DNA from: an uncultured Pseudomonadota bacterium
Lineage (GTDB): Bacteria > Babelota > Babeliae > Babelales > UASB340
Assembly: GCA_964453985.1 (NCBI GenBank)
Contig: CAYVQB010000006.1
Span: forward strand, 1-47,167
Length of the DNA stretch: 47,167 nucleotides
Direction of reading: 5' to 3'
This document shows positions 45,035 through 47,167 of this stretch, one piece after another (the stretch's first letter is position 1; each line of letters starts with the position of its first letter). The position numbers and the translations under genes were made by a program. Under the pieces are notes generated by a model. The model was not told where the DNA came from, searched no databases, and worked only from the letters and a program-made list of their open reading frames with translations.

Positions 45035-45640
45035 ATGATTAAAAAACTGGCTCCGATTCTAAAAAATATTAATAAAGACAAAAGTTGGTTTACAATATCA
45101 AATTGTTTAACTCTCTCAAGAATTTTATTAGTTCCATTTATTGTTGCAGGAATTTTTTATCAAAAATGGACATTAGTTTTTTATCTTTTTTTATATGTGA
45201 GTATTTCGGACTTATTAGATGGATACCTTGCAAGGCTATTAGATGAAGGTACGAATCTAGGTAGAATTTTAGATCCTGTTGCAGACAAGCTCTTGTTAGT
45301 GTCCTGTTTTGCTGCTTTAGCGTTTATAAGGTCTCCATCGTTTGTTGTTCCGGCATGGTTTGTATTTTTAGTTTTGTTTCGTGAACTATTTATAATGTTA
45401 GGAAGTTTCTTGATTTTGTTGGCAGATTTTAAATTTGAAATCGCTCCAACGATCTGGGGCAAGCTTACAACCTTTTTCCAAATTCTGTTTATTTTTTGGA
45501 TTTTTATTTGTGGCTTTTTTCAATGGAATCCAGAAAAAACATACCATGTCTTTTTGGCTTTACTTACAGTCTTTTCTGTGTTATCTCTATTACAATATAT
45601 AAAAATTGGTTTAAATTATTTGTATAATTTATCTAAATAA
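45035..45640 (+). CDS. pgsA: CDP-diacylglycerol--glycerol-3-phosphate 3-phosphatidyltransferase
   Basis: CDP-alcohol phosphatidyltransferase motif DLLDGYLARLLDEGTNLGRILDPVADKLL; polytopic, 201 aa. Confidence 0.85.
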   Translation: MIKKLAPILKNINKDKSWFTISNCLTLSRILLVPFIVAGIFYQKWTLVFYLFLYVSISDLLDGYLARLLDEGTNLGRILDPVADKLLLVSCFAALAFIRSPSFVVPAWFVFLVLFRELFIMLGSFLILLADFKFEIAPTIWGKLTTFFQILFIFWIFICGFFQWNPEKTYHVFLALLTVFSVLSLLQYIKIGLNYLYNLSK

Positions 45641-45899
45641 TTTTCGTATATATCTTCTTTGAAAATAATGTAATTAAACAATAAGAACTTGCAATTTCGT
45701 GAAAATTAGACATACTATTTTATCGCTTAATCTTTATTAAAAAGATTTTTATATTTTTTGAAATAGGTATTTTGTTTGGGTTTTAAATTAGGGAGGCGTG
45801 AAATATAAATTGAATATAGAATAGGGGGGAGTTGACGTGGGTGAATTATATAATGTGTTTTATTAAAATAATTATTTCAATAACTAAGAGGCTTTACAA

Positions 45900-46595
45900 A
45901 TGAAATATAACAGAATATTAGTCGCAATTCTTGCAGTATCTTTGAGCTCCCAAGTTGTAGCAACAGAAAACAATGACGAAGTAACAGTTGAAGTCAAACA
46001 AGCAAACACCGGCGTTAAAGTTGCAGCAGCAGCAGCCGTAACAGGTTTAGCTTGCGCAACAGGTACATACTTTGTAGCAAAGCATTATGCTAACAAAAAT
46101 CTTGTATCAGTAACAGATAAGCAAATTGCTACAGAAGATGATTTTGCTTTCATTCCTGAATACCTTGCTAAGAATGAAAACGTTAAAGCTAAATATGCTA
46201 AAAAAGCTAAAAGCTTAAAGTCAGTTATCAAGTATGAAGAAGTTAAAGATAAAGATGGAAAAGTTACCAAAACTATTCCAACTAAGGCTTCTCTTGCTTT
46301 AGTAAATCTTAATCCTGTAAAAGGTGTCGCTTTGCCTGAAGGTGAATTTAAAGCAGAAGATTTAGATAAAGTTATCGATGCAGCCATCGAAGCGTTTAAT
46401 GTTGAAGCTGATGCCGCATGTGAAGCTAAACTTGATGCTAAAGCTGTAAAAATCGAAGCTCATCTTAATGCTAAGATAGCAGCTTATAATACAGATAAAA
46501 AAGAAGCTAGAGTTAAAGCAGCAAAAGAAGCAGCTGAAAAAAAAGCCGCTGACAAAAAAGAAGCAGCTGAAAAAAAAGCCGCTGACAAAAACTAA
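45900..46595 (+). CDS. secreted/membrane-associated Ala/Lys-rich protein with repeated C-terminus
   Basis: Signal peptide MKYNRILVAILAVSLSSQVVA, a second hydrophobic segment VKVAAAAAVTGLACATGTYFVA, and the tail KEAAEKKAADK x2. AAGAGG RBS upstream. Confidence 0.7.
   Translation: MKYNRILVAILAVSLSSQVVATENNDEVTVEVKQANTGVKVAAAAAVTGLACATGTYFVAKHYANKNLVSVTDKQIATEDDFAFIPEYLAKNENVKAKYAKKAKSLKSVIKYEEVKDKDGKVTKTIPTKASLALVNLNPVKGVALPEGEFKAEDLDKVIDAAIEAFNVEADAACEAKLDAKAVKIEAHLNAKIAAYNTDKKEARVKAAKEAAEKKAADKKEAAEKKAADKN
46524..46589 (+). repeat. perfect 33-bp tandem duplication inside the CDS
   Basis: AAAGAAGCAGCTGAAAAAAAAGCCGCTGACAAA occurs twice back to back, in frame (11 codons each). Confidence 0.95.
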
Positions 46596-46666
46596 AAAAG
46601 AAACAACAAATTAATAAGCTATTAAATTAGGTTATTAATTTTAATTCTTTCTTTAAAAGTAAAAAA

Positions 46667-46700
46667 GGGTGATACGTTTTGACGTGTCGCCCTTTTTTTT
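46667..46700 (+). terminator. rho-independent terminator
   Basis: GGGTGATACG / CGTGTCGCCC form a 10-bp stem with two G-U pairs and a 6-nt loop, followed by T8. Confidence 0.8.
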
Positions 46701-46745
46701 ATCTATCAGTTATGTGTGTAGTTTGGGGTAATTTAGGGGTTTGGC

Positions 46746-47167
46746 GTGAAAATTAATTTTCTAAAAAAAACATTTATTATTTTGTTGGGTGTTCTTGTGT
46801 TGAACAGCAATGTTGTAGTTGCTAGCAATCAAGATATAAAAAGTTCTGTTGATTCTTTTAAAGATTTTTTAACATTGTTAAATAACAATACAATAAAAGA
46901 AGATTCAAGCGAACAAGAAACAAAGTCTGTTCTTTATGGTGTTAAAGCCCTACAAAGCTTAGAGCAAGTTGAAAAAGAATTTGTTAATAAGCCAGCAGGC
47001 CTTTTTATTGATGACTTAAGAAGTTCTTTTTTGAATGTATGTGATTCTGTTGAAGGTGTTAAATCGTTGCAAGCAAAGCATATTAGAGCCGTTCTAAGGC
47101 ATATTGATACGCTTGATTATATGCTTGATGTTAATGAACAAAAAGATTCAACTTTAAAGTGCATGGA
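46746..47167 (+). CDS. secreted hypothetical protein, 3' end beyond the window (GTG start)
   Basis: Not in the track because it is open-ended. My translation VKINFLKKTFIILLGVLVLNSNVVVASNQDIKSS...LDVNEQKDSTLKCM has no stop through 47167, and the N-terminus looks like a signal peptide. Confidence 0.5.
   Translation, partial: MKINFLKKTFIILLGVLVLNSNVVVASNQDIKSSVDSFKDFLTLLNNNTIKEDSSEQETKSVLYGVKALQSLEQVEKEFVNKPAGLFIDDLRSSFLNVCDSVEGVKSLQAKHIRAVLRHIDTLDYMLDVNEQKDSTLKCM

Noticed and set aside
45689-45860. Promoter-like hexamers upstream of 45900: TTGCAA-18 nt-TACTAT at 45689-45718, and TTGACG...TATAAT near 45831-45853
   Set aside because: The first is about 180 nt from the start codon and only moderately matches consensus. 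The second has only an 11-nt spacer. Neither is supportable without TSS data.
1-47167. Looked for CRISPR arrays, rRNA genes, integrase/transposase genes and prophage modules
   Set aside because: No regularly spaced direct repeats, no rRNA-like conserved stretches and no recombinase-like ORFs were seen. The only repeats are the hairpin families, the paralogous gene arrays and the 33-bp tandem duplication.

Overview
AT-rich (roughly one-third GC by eye), tightly packed bacterial chromosome segment. Many genes overlap by 1-4 nt, and several convergent gene pairs sit 0-9 nt apart. The organism is a diderm: the window carries LPS heptose genes (hldE, two GT9 heptosyltransferases), a TolC-like duct and MacAB-type efflux. 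It looks like a reduced or host-associated lineage, but I cannot name the taxon from sequence alone. I support about 45 protein genes, 2 tRNAs (Leu-UAG, Lys-CUU) and an rpmH gene that is missing from the ORF track. Housekeeping content: partial Fe/Mn SOD, hexulose-phosphate-synthase-like gene, hldE, rsmG, M16 peptidase, rpmH-rnpA-yidD, tig, ruvB, yebC, yicC, gyrA, dprA, SPFH protein, maf, argS, lepA, hspR-like regulator plus htpX, pgsA. No CRISPR array, rRNA, phage or intact IS/transposase gene was seen. Parts worth a second look: (1) A split MacAB/DevCBA-type efflux operon with two adaptor+permease pairs, one ATPase, one TolC and an embedded orphan secreted protein (4.2-11.8 kb). (2) Four tandem secreted paralogues with a near-identical leader and a DUF2807/GIN-like repeat pattern (20.5-23.7 kb). 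(3) A decaying array of three GT4 glycosyltransferase copies: one intact, one frameshifted at a homopolymer, one a 5' fragment (28.1-31.1 kb). (4) An unusually long (about 760 bp), visibly GC-rich intergenic region (36.56-37.32 kb). It holds a 19/20 inverted-repeat pair and a double-hairpin module whose copies show compensatory stem changes. Related hairpins sit right after stop codons at 4.19 kb and 16.95 kb. (5) A 3' remnant of a P1B-type (copper) ATPase next to a small Met/Cys-rich membrane protein (38.3-39.2 kb). All family calls rest on motif recognition by eye; no database search was run.
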